Assembly: GCA_051362555.1 (NCBI GenBank)
Contig: CM120646.1
Location: 1,984,001 to 2,048,000, forward strand
Length of the DNA stretch: 64,000 nucleotides
DNA from: Lingula anatina
Taxonomy: Eukaryota > Animalia > Brachiopoda
Direction of reading: 5' to 3'
Below, piece by piece: positions 1 to 13,100 of this stretch. A program made the position numbers and the translations under genes. The notes below the pieces were generated by a model. That model did no database searches. It was not told the DNA's origin and saw nothing but the letters and a program-made list of their open reading frames with translations. Numbering within the stretch: the stretch's first letter is position 1; the number at the start of each line of letters is the position of its first letter.

Positions 1-2429
1 CTGGCTTTCTTGCATTTGACCTGAAACAAGAATTTTTGTGTGAAATTTTTTATGGAGTCAATGGGTGATCAATGTGATAATGAATCTGATCATACTGCTC
101 AAATGGGTGGAAGGTGGATTTTGAGTTTTTCATTTCCGATTGCCAACATGTAGACTGCATTCTATATTGAATTATGTTGTATTTTTTTTTTTTTTTTACA
201 GTTCTTTGGTTGGGAGGCAACCCAAAGATATTCGTGTGATCTAAAAGCAGATCAAAGATTTAATTGACTAATCTCAACAAAATTTATAATTTAAATACAT
301 ACATATTTCACCATAAATAATTGTAACAGAGAAAGTATTAAACACAAATATGGAGGTGTTAGAGACACCTGGCCCAAAGAGTAGCATTTTCGCATATTTT
401 TTTTATGCACAGTCTATGTGGTTCATGATTTAAGTTGTTATTAAAGCCACTCAGTTCATAGGACCTATGACCTAATATTAGCCATAATTTCCCACCAGCT
501 TACTGTGTTATTGCCCTTATTCCTTGGTCAAATTGGTGCATTTGTCTCTAAGTAAGTGAAAATATGCCCCACTTGTGTCAAAACTCCTCCAACCCAGTTT
601 GTTTAAGGACAGCGATATGGTGGTGTTGAAACAAAATCAACGATGTTTTCACGCCAGAGTTAAACTGCTCTGTTTGTGTCATGTTATGGCATTTAAGCGG
701 CATCGGCAGCACTCTAGCAAGTTTACCAAACAGCCTAAAATGCCTCCATGACGTCAAAATCTTAAGTAGTGATTTAAAGCTACCCCTGATTTGTGTGTTT
801 TAGCAATGGTTTGTTTTACATAATGCTGGATATTGGGTGAAAGTAAATAAAAGTTTGTCTATGTTCTTTAACTGTTTAGATGGCCTTATTCCAGTGAGAC
901 TATATACAACTAATTTCCAGATATAAGCAGACTGAAAACGTAGTCTAAATAAAGTGTAGGTCCTATTGGTGTGTTTATGTAACTAGGGGATCAGATTGAT
1001 ATGATAAGGAAAGAAAAATTTTATCATGGAAAGAAAAAATATATATGTGTGATTATGGCCAATATATATTATTAAAGTGTAGGCTGCCCGTATAGTAAGA
1101 TATTTTGTGTGTAAAATATGAGAAAAAATTTAAAAAGTGTGATTTAACCCAAAATTGTTATAGAAGTTATTTATTGTACTGGATTTATTAGGCTTGAAGA
1201 AAATATTTTTGTTATCATGATGACATATTGGAATATTAGTCATTTTCAAATTCAAGTATGAGGATTCTTGGTTTTTAACCTCACAAAGGAAAGATTAGAT
1301 AACTAATGCAAGGAAACTGAACTCATCAAGGAAACTTGACCTCATTGACCTAGGTGGCTTCCTGTGGTGGAAGTGGAAAAAGTTCTGACCAGCCCCTATC
1401 ACCCCCATTGACCAGTGGTCATTTTGGTTTAATTGGTCATTCTATAAATGCTCCACCCTTGGGACTATCTCCTTCCACACTTGTTGTCTTTAGAGAGGAT
1501 ATTGTATCGTATTGAGTTTCAATCTCTGTCACTCACATAAAAACTTGCAATGAGTCGTCAGCCGTTTTAGATGTAATAACTCCAAAATTGAAACATCGTT
1601 GTTCATTAACATCATACAACCAGTATTTATGTATCTTTACATATTGATTTTTAACTGTTTTTTCCCAATAATAGCAACAGACTTGCTTCTCAAACTCCTG
1701 TTTAGAGTCATTCCTGCTTCTAGAATTCAGATGTGAGTGACATGAAATAAGATGACCTTTTTGAACAGAACTTGGCTGTTCATTTGAAGCATGCAGGAGT
1801 TGCTGAGCAGAATGGGAATTGTATTTAATCAGAACGGTAACCTTTCAAATGGAAGAAATCTACATAATTTGTCAATTCAAATCTCTTTTGAGATTCAGAC
1901 ATTATGGCTAAGTGCTTTTCTCTCTATTTTTCTGTTTTTTTTTCCTGTTTTTTTCTGTACCTGAGCAAAGAAATTGAGGTAGAAATCAAGAAAAGAGACC
2001 CCAAAATATGGGTTAAATTTTACATAACTAACTACAGTGAAAAGCTGGTATTTAGTTGAGTAAGATAAGATTTTTTGCAATTGTCTGTTATGTGTATTGG
2101 TTGAGATGGACTGGGGGGAGAGAGATGACTCTCAGACCCACCACCCACCTTCTTCCCACCCGTTCCCCTAATATTTTGAGAGCTTCGTAAATTTCCTAAA
2201 TAGTTCAGTGGTAGGGTTTGGATTCACTGTGGTATGCCAGTGCCCTAATTCTTAGTGCATCGTTGCTTCTTGGCATAGCGGTGACCGGTGACCGTTGTGA
2301 AAAGCTTTCATTTTACGTGTACCCTGAGTTCCAGTCTACTGGAAACTCACACCCTATTATCAACATAGCTGGGTCATTTTCTGTTATGTGATGGAGAGGA
2401 TATATGCCCGGTACAGGTACAGGTAGGTA

Positions 2430-2706
2430 AGCATTAGTACCCTGAAGTTCTGTCGACAGAGAACATATATTACTGTCAGTACTCGTGAAACGTTGAGGAT
2501 AAATTGTGAGTCTGAGATATTAGTACCCGGAAGTTCAAGGTACCTTGATTCGGAGACTGTGACAAAAGTGTTAGGTGTATAGACAACTTTCAGTGATCTG
2601 TTTGTTTAAATTGTGAGTCTGGGTTATAAATGGTACCCTGAAGTTGAAGGTAGAGACTGTGGCCAAAGTGTTAGCTGTGTTGACAACTGTCAGTGATCCG
2701 TTTCTG
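2430..2706. repeat. Degenerate tandem repeat, unit about 100-107 bp
   Basis: TAAATTGTGAGTCTG...GTACCC.GAAGTT.AAGGTA...GAGACTGTG.C.AAAGTGTTAG.TGT...GACAACT.TCAGTGATC occurs twice, plus a partial upstream copy. Confidence 0.75.
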
Positions 2707-3054
2707 TTTACACACCTGACCGAAGGTGACACCTGTCATGTTGTGAACAATGGGGGTTGTTTACCTGTTAGGAACTGATGATGCCAGTCAGCATGCAATA
2801 TCCTGATGGTTATCTGCTGGTATTGAATTCCTTTTACGTAAATGCAAATACCATTGTTCAAATAGAACCTTGATGAAAAAAAAAAGACGATTTCTGATAG
2901 AAAATTGAAAACTGTTTGTAGCCTAAATTTAGCATAAGTAAGACAAAGATGCAAAAGCCTAAAATGTATGTGGACTGTGAAAAGAATCCATCATGATTTA
3001 CATCCTTCAAAAAATAATTTTTTCTAGAGATTCAATAGTGAACAAAACACAATC

Positions 3055-3070
3055 TTACTATCAGGTAAGT
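3055..3070 (+). other. Candidate splice donor of an upstream non-coding (5' UTR) Sema5 exon
   Basis: Perfect CAG|GTAAGT (GT at 3065). Coding exon 1 is preceded by an acceptor at 6941-6942, so an upstream exon is expected, but this pairing is unproven. Confidence 0.3.
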
Positions 3071-3757
3071 GTGAATCCTTAATTTCAAATTTAGTCATTA
3101 TAAAATAATGTCCATGTGCTGTGAATAATAAAACCATGATAAACCTACAAATAGTAAAGCCTTGATAACTTGTTTCATGACCAGGCAAAGTGGTATTTCT
3201 AATATAGAATCAAATTGAGATATACCTGAATTAATAGCACAGTTTGACAAGCTTCCTTCTTAGTTAATTACTTTAAGTAATAGTTTTGGTGTTATCAATT
3301 AACAAGGAACCAATTTCAGCGTGACCAGATCTGTTTCCCCATATGTTTTGGAACACAGACATTAAAAACAAGGATAGGTTTAATGACCAGCTTTTTTTTA
3401 TTCTAATCATGATTCAAGAATAGCGAGAAGGGGCAGTTGGGGGGGGGGAGGAGAGAGATATCATCTTTTATCCGTTGCACACTGCCCCATCTAAATTGTA
3501 GTGACCAATTGAATGACATGTATGACTATATTTGTATGTGGTTAAGATGTTTATAACACAGATACATTTATTTATATACATATATAAAGTGTTTGCCAGG
3601 TGAGTTGATTTTATTTCTCTGAAGACTTTGGTGTAGGTGAGTTTTGTTTAGAAATATTAAGATGGAGGATTAATTACGTATAGAATACTGGTGAAAGGAA
3701 AGTATAGAGAAGATTGTGAAGTCTGAAGAGTCTTTTTTTTTAGTAATTTTACAATGA

Positions 3758-3760
3758 TAT

Positions 3761-3795
<35 letters not shown>

Positions 3796-3798
3796 TTT
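3758..3798. repeat. (TTTA)n microsatellite
   Basis: Directly visible. Confidence 0.9.
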
Positions 3799-6105
3799 TT
3801 GTGAAGTCCAGTACTATATACAGTTTATCTCTTGGAATTCAGAAATGAGCGTTTTTCTACACGCATACACACAGTTATACAGTAGAAAAAATCCATTTCT
3901 CTCTCAGTGAGTTAAATTGGGTTTCAGATGCATTCCCTTATGAGATTAATCCAGCTTTTATGAACTAAGAATAAACGGGCAATTTATATCTGTATTTTAG
4001 CATCCCTCTGGGCGGTTCATCTCCTCCCTCGTCCTGTGGAGATTTTGCAATGTATAATAGCTGTAATTAGGGTGAATCAGTTCAAAAACTACCAATAAAG
4101 AAGCTATATAAATCTACAGGAATGTATATATGAATGTGTTTTTTGGTGTTGCTCATCCTATATACTTGCCACAATAAGGTTGAGTCAGAGAATCAGATAC
4201 CTTCGGGATCTTCCCACAAACAAGTCATTATCCAGGTCTATCTACCGCAGGTAAAATGGGGCTTAATGGAAAGACGCGCTCATCTAACTTCCTCAACATC
4301 AGTTCACTCTATTAAGACAGAGCCGACACATATTAATCATTGTATTAGCGATGCTGTTGCAATATCTCCTCTAGTAAAAGGTTTATGTGATTTAGATGTT
4401 TGTGTTTTTTTCTGATGATTCTTTGGTGTTTTATTTTAAAAAGTTTGATGTGCCTTTTATGTGCCTTTTCCTTGTATGAGAAAAAGAACCCAGAGCTGAT
4501 AAGGAAAATTAATAAGATTGAATATTTATTCTTTGGAATTACAGTGAGATTAGGTCTAAGTTGTATATTTGACATCATTTGACCAGACCAAATGGGTGTC
4601 ATAAATTATCACAGATGGCCATTATATTTGTTGACAAAATACAGTCATTTGTACTCACCACACTGTCTTTGACACCAGGGGGTGTGATAATACAAGATGC
4701 ACCCACTGATAACATACCGGAAGGGAGGGAGGGGTCACTTTATGATAACGTCAAAGTTTTCCCTCACTTTACTAGCTTTTCTTCATTTCTGTAGTTTTTG
4801 TAAAAATTCACACCATAGGAAATGTCAAAGATATAGCAAAACAAATGTGCATTTTCTAGATTTTAACATCAAGAACAACAAAGAAAGCAAAGATGACAAA
4901 GATGGATTTGATGGGGCAGTCGTGGGAGGGGAGGTGGTGACAGATCAGAATGTTGTTCTGAGTTCACAACATATTAGAGGCAAGGTTTTTGGCACATCAC
5001 AGTACTACAATATTAAGACTTGTAAATATTTGTGGGAATTATGTTATGGTACAAAGTGAAAATTGGCCTCTCTGCCGTAAGGGGGTGTGAGGCTTGGCGA
5101 TGAGATGTGATAAGATCTCTTCCCATTTAGAGTGACATATTTACTTTATGAGAAATGGTAAGGTGTACTTTTAAAGTTTAATGCTCACATTGCTCAAGTA
5201 CAGAGGAAAGGAACAGATTTTCAACTTGTTGCTGGTTTTGAGAAAGTGCTATAGATACATATATTTGGTTTGCCAATTTAGGGCAGGCCAACCCTAAATA
5301 TGGCAGTTGCACATCTGAACAGTGCCAGTTTTTTTCTAATCACACAATGATATGAGTGTTACACTCACTCCAAAATGACACAGAAGATGACATCTATAGG
5401 CAAGAAGTCAAAATACATGTCAGTATTTTTATTTCAGTAAACAAGTGTCTTTATTTTTTCTTAACAATATTCGCAAAGCCATTTATTTGCCTGCAAAGCA
5501 AGGCAGGTGTGAAAAGGACTCTTTTCATGCTTTTGCAGAAATAGAATAGATCAGTGTTGATACACTGAGATGATTTCAGATATTTTTTGTGAGGATTAGA
5601 TTTCAAAGGGTGTGTTTTAAATAGGGTTAAGTTAACTTGGGAGTTGGACTGTGTATTACAACAATGGGAATGAATGGTCTGTATTTTAGTATGTGGATCT
5701 GTATGATGAAAAAATGGATAACCCGGAAGGATGCATGGCAGAGCGGGATGAGTATTAAAATTTAGACATGTGGAAATGAGATGAAATGAATCAAAATATC
5801 CAACAAATTTCAGAGAGTTATTCTTTTTTCGCACTCGTAGAAGGAAACAAACAAAGCATTTTTTGGTGCAGAACATTGTATGAGGGTATCATTTTAGGAG
5901 GAAAAGTGTTCAGGCCTGTTTTTTTTCTGACACATTAATTATCAATTGGGAATACAGTCGTTGCCCTTTTCTCATAGCTCTTCATGCTAATATAAAGTCA
6001 ACCTTAATTTTCACAAAGTTGATGTGTTTTGGTCCAAATTGATACATCTTAACTATACTGTAAACCTAGATGTCTAGAATGGCAATGTTGAGCCTCACAT
6101 AACAG

Positions 6106-6170
6106 CCCTTACGGAAAAGTCCTGTAGGAAATTGGCCCAATTTTCTATAGGATCCTACAGGACTTTTTCT
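6106..6170. repeat. Short compound palindrome (possible MITE relic)
   Basis: AAAAGTCCTGTAGGA ... TCCTACAGGACTTTT outer stem; inner CCTGTAGGAAATTGG / CCAATTTTCTATAGG. Confidence 0.6.
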
Positions 6171-6952
6171 GGAGTCCACATTGGGCCAGGTGTGAACTGT
6201 CCATTGCATGTCACAGTAGTGTCAATGTCAGGGTTACTTTTAGCAGATCATTCCCCACATACCACCCCGTATATCATAGGAGACTTCCGTGTCAGGATAT
6301 AGCATTGTAAAGCCTGCCACTGACAACTTAATATCAGGGTTATAACGAGTAACAAGATGGCCAACAATGGGCCATGGGCTATGTGGTAGCAGAGTGAGTC
6401 TTGTCAAGTGTCTTGAGTTACCAAGGATGGTCTGTTGTATTGTTTGTGCCCCATTTTCCAGAAAAAGGGTTTAGAAAGGACATTGCATAATACATTTGGT
6501 ATTGACTGAGTAAAAAATGTAGAAGTTTTGGTATGCAGCACCTGTTTTTCAAGGGCAGGGGTTGACTGATTTTGATATTGTGTTTCATCTCATGGGAAAG
6601 AGAGCTTATTTTTCAAACTCATACAGTGTCTGGTTTAGAAATAATTTCTCTTTAAAAGAATTGTTTGAGTTCAAGTTTAAGTTAAATTTAGAGGTAATTA
6701 AATTTTTAATACCTTGAGGGATGTATGTAAGATAGACCACAATTTGATGTTTTATTAATGTGTTTGTATCCTGTAGGTAGGTCTCCAAAATAAAGTAAAC
6801 ATTGAAAGTAAATATTGAAAATCGGAACTTATAGTTTATATTCCTTATCAAGTTCAATAGCAATTATTCTTCCTCCAATTTACATAGAACATAAGAAGAC
6901 TGAACAAATGGTTTTCATTTACTATTTTATTTCTCTTTACAGATATTTGAGG

Positions 6953-6961
6953 ATGGAATAA
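6953..6961 (+). promoter_or_regulatory. Minimal upstream ORF (ATG GAA TAA) in the Sema5 5' UTR
   Basis: AGGATGG context, 10 nt into the exon and 57 nt upstream of the main ATG. Confidence 0.55.
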
Positions 6962-7009
6962 CACTAAGAAAAGATTAAACATTGTGGACCTACTTCTGGC
7001 TGTGGAAAG

Positions 7010-7124
7010 ATGGCGTACGATATTGTAGCGTTAACTTTAGTGATATTAGGATGGCTAGCAGGACTGGTTACCATGGATACTGAGCTACCCCGCGAATATG
7101 ACTACAGAATTATTTCCTATCAAG
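7010..7124 (+). CDS. SEMA5: Sema5 coding exon 1 (signal peptide)
   Basis: Acceptor ttctctttacAG at 6941-6942; AAAGATGG start; MAYDIVALTLVILGWLAGLVT hydrophobic leader; ends DYRIISYQ with donor G|GTAAGA, phase 1 matching exon 2; in-frame upstream stop at 6959-6961. Confidence 0.85.
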
Positions 7125-10100
7125 GTAAGATTATTTATTTATTTATTTACTTATTTTTTACAGATCTTCACATGGTACCTATAAAAATCCACTTTGCTTA
7201 CTACATGTCACATTTGAGATTTTGATGTGGTTGTTGTATCCAATACTCCCTAGAAACATGTGTTTTACACTTAAAAGTAATTTGAAGGCATCGGCCCAAA
7301 TCAATGAGAAAAGATATTTCTTGTCATGTATACTCTTTATTATATATTACTGTATTTTCCATATATTTGTTTTCAAGCTCCTTATCATTGAACTAATTGA
7401 AAACTATATTCTCATATTTCAAAAGTATAAATCACAAACACCCTCTATCAGTCAGAATTTTAATGGAATGATCAGATCAAACTTTAACAGACAAAGTCTC
7501 ATACACCAGATTTCTAAAGGCAGCAGGAATAAGTTTTTTCCCACTGTCAGATCAACAAGATTGAAAACTATATCAGACAGGTTAAGTCCATTGTGAAGAA
7601 CCTGGTTTCTGATGGACACTTGAGAAGAGACTGAAGAGTCTGGCATTTTTTTAATAAGGGAAGCAATGGGCACTTGCACCCATATAGTGACAGATGGGTT
7701 TAAATCCTGGCATGAGGGTTGCATAATGTTCTTGTTATTGTAAAGAAAGTGGGGTCAGTATGTGGAAGCTGTATGGGGAGAGAGGAGGTTGGAGAAGGGA
7801 ATCTGCTATGGGCAGTTCAGACTGGAGCTGTGCTGACCCGAAAATCAGGCAAAAGTACATCACTGATATGTATGTCAGGGAAGTGCAGAGCTTGCTTGTC
7901 GTGTTTATGAATGATTTTAGTGTCTGAGGCACAGTAGAGTTTCCTTGCGTTCAGTCTGATCATACTTCCACAAAAGGCAGACTGATTTAGGGTCTACAAT
8001 AATCCCAGTTTGACAGCTTGACAGTGGGAAGTGCAAAAAGCCTGATAGTGTGTAGAAATTGGTAAAGACGGTTCTTGCATTTTATTCTTGGGAGTGTGTT
8101 GAAGTTAACTGTAAAATGAAATTGTATCAAGAATACAGGTCCATGCATAAAGCGCTTGGTCACTATTAATTATATATAGTCACTGGTCTACAGTACAAAA
8201 AATTGCTGGCCAATGGTCATTTTTAGCTTTTTGTATTTGATGGTTTTATTATCAACTTACACCCTCAAGACATGATTAACGACCAGATTTTACCCCTAAT
8301 TTGTAAGATATATGGCCAGCACTAACCCTCAAAATTTGATGATTTATGATCAAATCGCCTTCTGTTTTGATGGAACGATTTGGATATGTCTTTTTTCCAA
8401 AATGTGTGGAAAAGAAATGATTTTTAAAGAGGTAAACTTGACTTTCTACAACTAAGAAATTTTTTCTTTAATTTTTGAAAAATTACACCACATCTCAAAC
8501 TAGAAACATAACTAACTTTTATTAGCATATGGTGAGATTGCAGAGATGATTAAATCCTCATTATTTGACGAATTGGGCACCCGTCCTGTTTCCGTCCACA
8601 TCTCTGTCTCCGGTCCAGTCTTGTCTGGGCCATATTCACTGTCTGAATCCTCAGTGTCTCCCAGTGTAATGGTTTAAATGTCATGTGGTTGTCATTAGTT
8701 CTGAAGTCAGTCACTGTGTAAGTAGCTGAGAGAATAAATCAGCCTACCCCAGGGTGTCCCAGGGCAGCATACAGAATATGAACAGAAAACAAGACTACTC
8801 TTCTTCAGAAGCTAGGCCCCTCCCATGTGATGCTGCAATCAACTTCTGACTAATTGCAGTCATTTTTATATGCATCCTGTATCATTTTATGCAACCCCCT
8901 CATGCTGTGGACCTTGCATGATGCATTGCAATCAACACCTTTTTGATGAGTCTCTTTATGCGAAAGTTTTTGATTCAAACACAGTTTCACTGTGTGGACC
9001 TTCCTAAATGCTGCAGCCATCTTGATGAGCCCTCTAACTGGGCACCTGTCTGAGACACTTGACCCATTCATTTCCTACCACTGACCACTGTCAGTTTGCA
9101 TTGGACCATTTGGACAGAAGCTATTTGAAAAAGTCCCGGTTCTTGTTAGTAATTTTATCAGGGAGCTGCCCAGTGCCCAGTTGGAGTTCTTGGACAAAAA
9201 ATACTTCCATTAAAAAAAGCCTGAGTTTGTAATTTGTAATCAGATAAGCGTCTGCCGGGTCTAGATTCATAAATTTCTTATGGTGGACATGTGATGTTTT
9301 TCTAATTAAAGTTCTTTCTTGCAAACATATATCAGTGCCATTGCCCAGTACTGATGTTTTTTTTGTTTTTTTTTTCCAATTTTTTTTCGTCTGGGTTTTT
9401 TAATGGTAACTGTATCAGGGACGCCTGTAGTCCAGTCAAAATGGACTTCACAAAAAGTGTATTTTGTAACTTAACTGGTTGATGATACCTTCAGTCTGAT
9501 GCTGAATCCCCTCTGACAGCAGGGAGGAAGCACTCAAATGAAAAAAAATGATTTACAAGTCTGCACTAGTTGCTTGCTGTTTGTTTGTTTGTACATTTAT
9601 GGAAAATTGACACGGATGACATGCAAGGTTAAATTTACAACTTTTTAAAGTCATTCAATTTCTGTGCTTTTGTTTATTGTCTTTTTTCGTGCAATGGAAC
9701 AGACTGGGAACAGAGCAACTAGTACTGTGAAAAGATTTGAAGAGCAAATTATATCTGTTACTGTTTTTTTTTGGTGCTGTTTTGTTTTGTCCATTTCCTT
9801 GTTGATAGTATACACTGTAAACCTGTTGTAAAGTTTATGTTGTATGCTAGATCCCAACTTAAAATCATGTTAAATTTCTCTATAAAAAGGTTTTTATTCT
9901 ATAACTAGTGGCAGGTTTTTACCATATTTGCCCCTAAGAAAACTGCAAGAATCATGCTGGGCTTTTACTTACATCAGATGTCTTACTCAATGTAAAAACA
10001 ACCAAAAAAAGCATTATAATTCACGTCTCTCCTCTCATAGGACCTTGTGGACCAATCCCTATTTCCTTTTCATTTCCATTTAATAAGATTTCAAAACTGG

Positions 10101-13100
10101 AAGCAATCCTGGTTGATTTTAAAACTTGGAACCATCCTAGTTTCAAATTCAATCTTCTTGAACAATTACACTTTTGTCAGAAGTGCCATTGTGATTTCAA
10201 ATTGGATTTAAAAGGAAAAACATGTCCCTCATTTATACTGATAACGGCCATTATTGGGACTGGGTCAAAGATGCCGGGGATGACTTATGCGGTAGGGAAA
10301 GATTGCCAGTTTTTTGGTCGATTCTTTTGTTCTACCGAAAAATTGGATTGTCAGCAAGAAGATTGGATATGATCTATCGCAATTTCAGCTTACTTACACT
10401 CCATGGGGTTACATGGAAAGCTTTTTCTCATAAGGTTTTTGTTTGGAGTCTTTTTTTTTCGTATTCATTTAAGATCTCTTTTCTTGTGAGTCACTTCATC
10501 TCAACTGACTTTTATGACATACACAATTCGTTTTGTAACTTGGTAGACGATATAACAAACAGTTCATTTCTAGACGTTTCTTATTCTCTAAATGCACTAA
10601 ATTTGTTCTTTATACGATTTAACATCGGATGTGTCAACTTTTTTTTCGTATGGGTTATCAGTGTTTGAATTTGTCGTTGTCACGTTATAATACTGCAATC
10701 TGAGGTCAATTTTTATTTCTTTGCACTGGCAGTTACAAGTATGAATTGATTCAAATGAAGTCCAGATGGAAGTAATCTGAATATGGAAGCTTGCCCACAG
10801 TAAAAACATGCCAAAAAAAATTGGGAATGGCTTTGAAAGTTAAAGTTAGGCGATCTTAGCAGTTTAATTTTAGGACGTCATGTGAACTTTTGCCTTTTTT
10901 GGACTACCAAGGGTTGACCTCTTTAAAAGAAATCTCTTTTCAATACAAAGCCCGGTAATTCCGTCAAGACAGAATGATTTAATTTGCAGTTGGCTTCTGC
11001 AGTGTTCGGCATACAGTGGTGCATGCTGCTATAAAAACAGGGCTTGCCTAGTGACATCAGTGAAAGAATTTATTTTAGCAAAAATGCATATTCCTTATAA
11101 AACAGTTAACATAGGATAGAGCTCTGCCATAAGATATAAATGACAAACCTGACACCCCAGGACCACTGTAAATGGTTTACTATTCCATGCCATGGTACTA
11201 GCATAAATATTTCCCCCAGTAAATGAATGCAGCATACACAAATTATACCAATTTCTTCTGCCTTCTGTTTGGACAGATGGCCTGAATGGGAGATGAATGC
11301 ATTTAACTGCTTACATGAACAATAAACAGTCTGTATTGGGTCTATTATAAATTGTTGTATTGGCCCATATATATATATACCTTACCACATTTATCAGATT
11401 TCACCTGCCATTTTCAACTGTTCAGTTAAACTTAATTGATCGTGTAACAGATCTGTTTGGGTGAATATTGTGCATGATAAAGATCAATTCCCACCTGTGG
11501 ATTTGTGTATATGAAGTTAACTCAATAAAGGTTGAAAGGCATTCTAGTATGTGGTATATAGAAAGCATTTAGATAATAACATGAGTGCTAATTTCCTAAC
11601 AGTCCCATGGCCAACACCCAGAGTGCAGCTTGCTTTTTAAAAAGCCATGTTTCGTATATGAAAACACAAACAGGGAGGTGTGTGATGATGCCACTTAGAC
11701 TGATTTCCAGTCCAGTTTGCTCCTGTTTGATCAGACCTAAGTTGATATCCAATGGCCATTTTCTGTGTACAGTTTGATCCACATATTTATGTGTTTAATG
11801 TAAAGTTAGAGCGTGGATCCCATCTGGTGAAGACATAAATTGTTTACCTCTGTTTGTACCAAACAAAAACTGATCTTCTCTATCTGACCACATCTGTAAA
11901 TGTTCATGATTCAACACAATGATAATTAATAGAAGTACGGCTCTTATTAGATGTCCATTACTGTTAGCTGTATCTTGGTGAATGAATTGACTTTGTGGAC
12001 TTTCAGAAGGCATATGATGCCTAAGGGCAATGTAAGGGAAACAAACAAGTTCAGAGTAAATGAAGTAGATTTTGCAATTCCATGAAACCAGCAGTCTTCA
12101 CAATTTTATTGACAAATTTTCACTGGTTTACACTGAGAGAGAGAGCAGGGTTGGCTTTCAAAATGTCCTTCGTGGCATTTTCAAATGTCATTGGCTTGAG
12201 ACCTGTTGCATGAAATAACTTGGGGCCTTAACTTTTTAGTTTTAGATGAAAAATTTACTCTACATCAGTTCAGCATGAGTTCATTTATGTGGACTACTAC
12301 ATGCAGTGCTGGTCACAGCTAATATACACTCAACTAAGGCCATTTGAAAACAGCAGAACTGTACTTCGTATAAATGGTGACCATAAGACCCCAAGATAAT
12401 TTCAAGAACATCAGGGTGATGATGGCTATTCTATAAAGGTAGGATGTTTTGTCCGATCGAAGTAAATTACCCATTATTTTCGAAGGTGTCAAGTTGTGCC
12501 GTTGGTGTGCTTGACCGGGTTACCCATCATGACAGTGAATAAAGTTGACCATTATCTGCCTATTAGGTGACCGTTCAGTGGACATTTGAGAAGGACAGTT
12601 CAAGATAAAAATGGGTGAATTAATTCTACACCCACGGTCAAACGTCAGACATGGGCTGTCAAAATAACCAAGCCTGCCTTCAAGAAAATATTTAAAAAGA
12701 GCCAATTTAAGAAGGAAGTCATCTTTTCATTCTTACTTATATTACTTAAACAGGATGTTCATTTGACACTTTGACAGAAAATCCAGAAGAAAAAAAGCAA
12801 ATGCAAAACATTTTTTTGAAATGTGTTTCCATTGCAATTAAATTTGAAGCTACATACCATTCCATAATTCCTTTGAAATACTAAACATCTCAATTTACAT
12901 CAGGTGAAGAAACCATTGCATAACAGCAATTAAGGACAGAGGGGGCTAGACCTGGTTAATGTACACTTTGATTAACAGTGCAGTCAGAGTACCCTGTGGT
13001 CTTTCTCACATATTATCAGAAGGAGGAGAATGTAACTTCAATACCTTGTTATGCTGTCAGTTTCTCTTTGATTCTGACTAACAAGGTAGTTCAGCTGCCC

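Noticed and set aside
10222-10668. 148-aa ORF in intron 1
   Set aside because: F/L/S-rich composition typical of AT-rich non-coding frames, no recognisable domain and no convincing splice integration.
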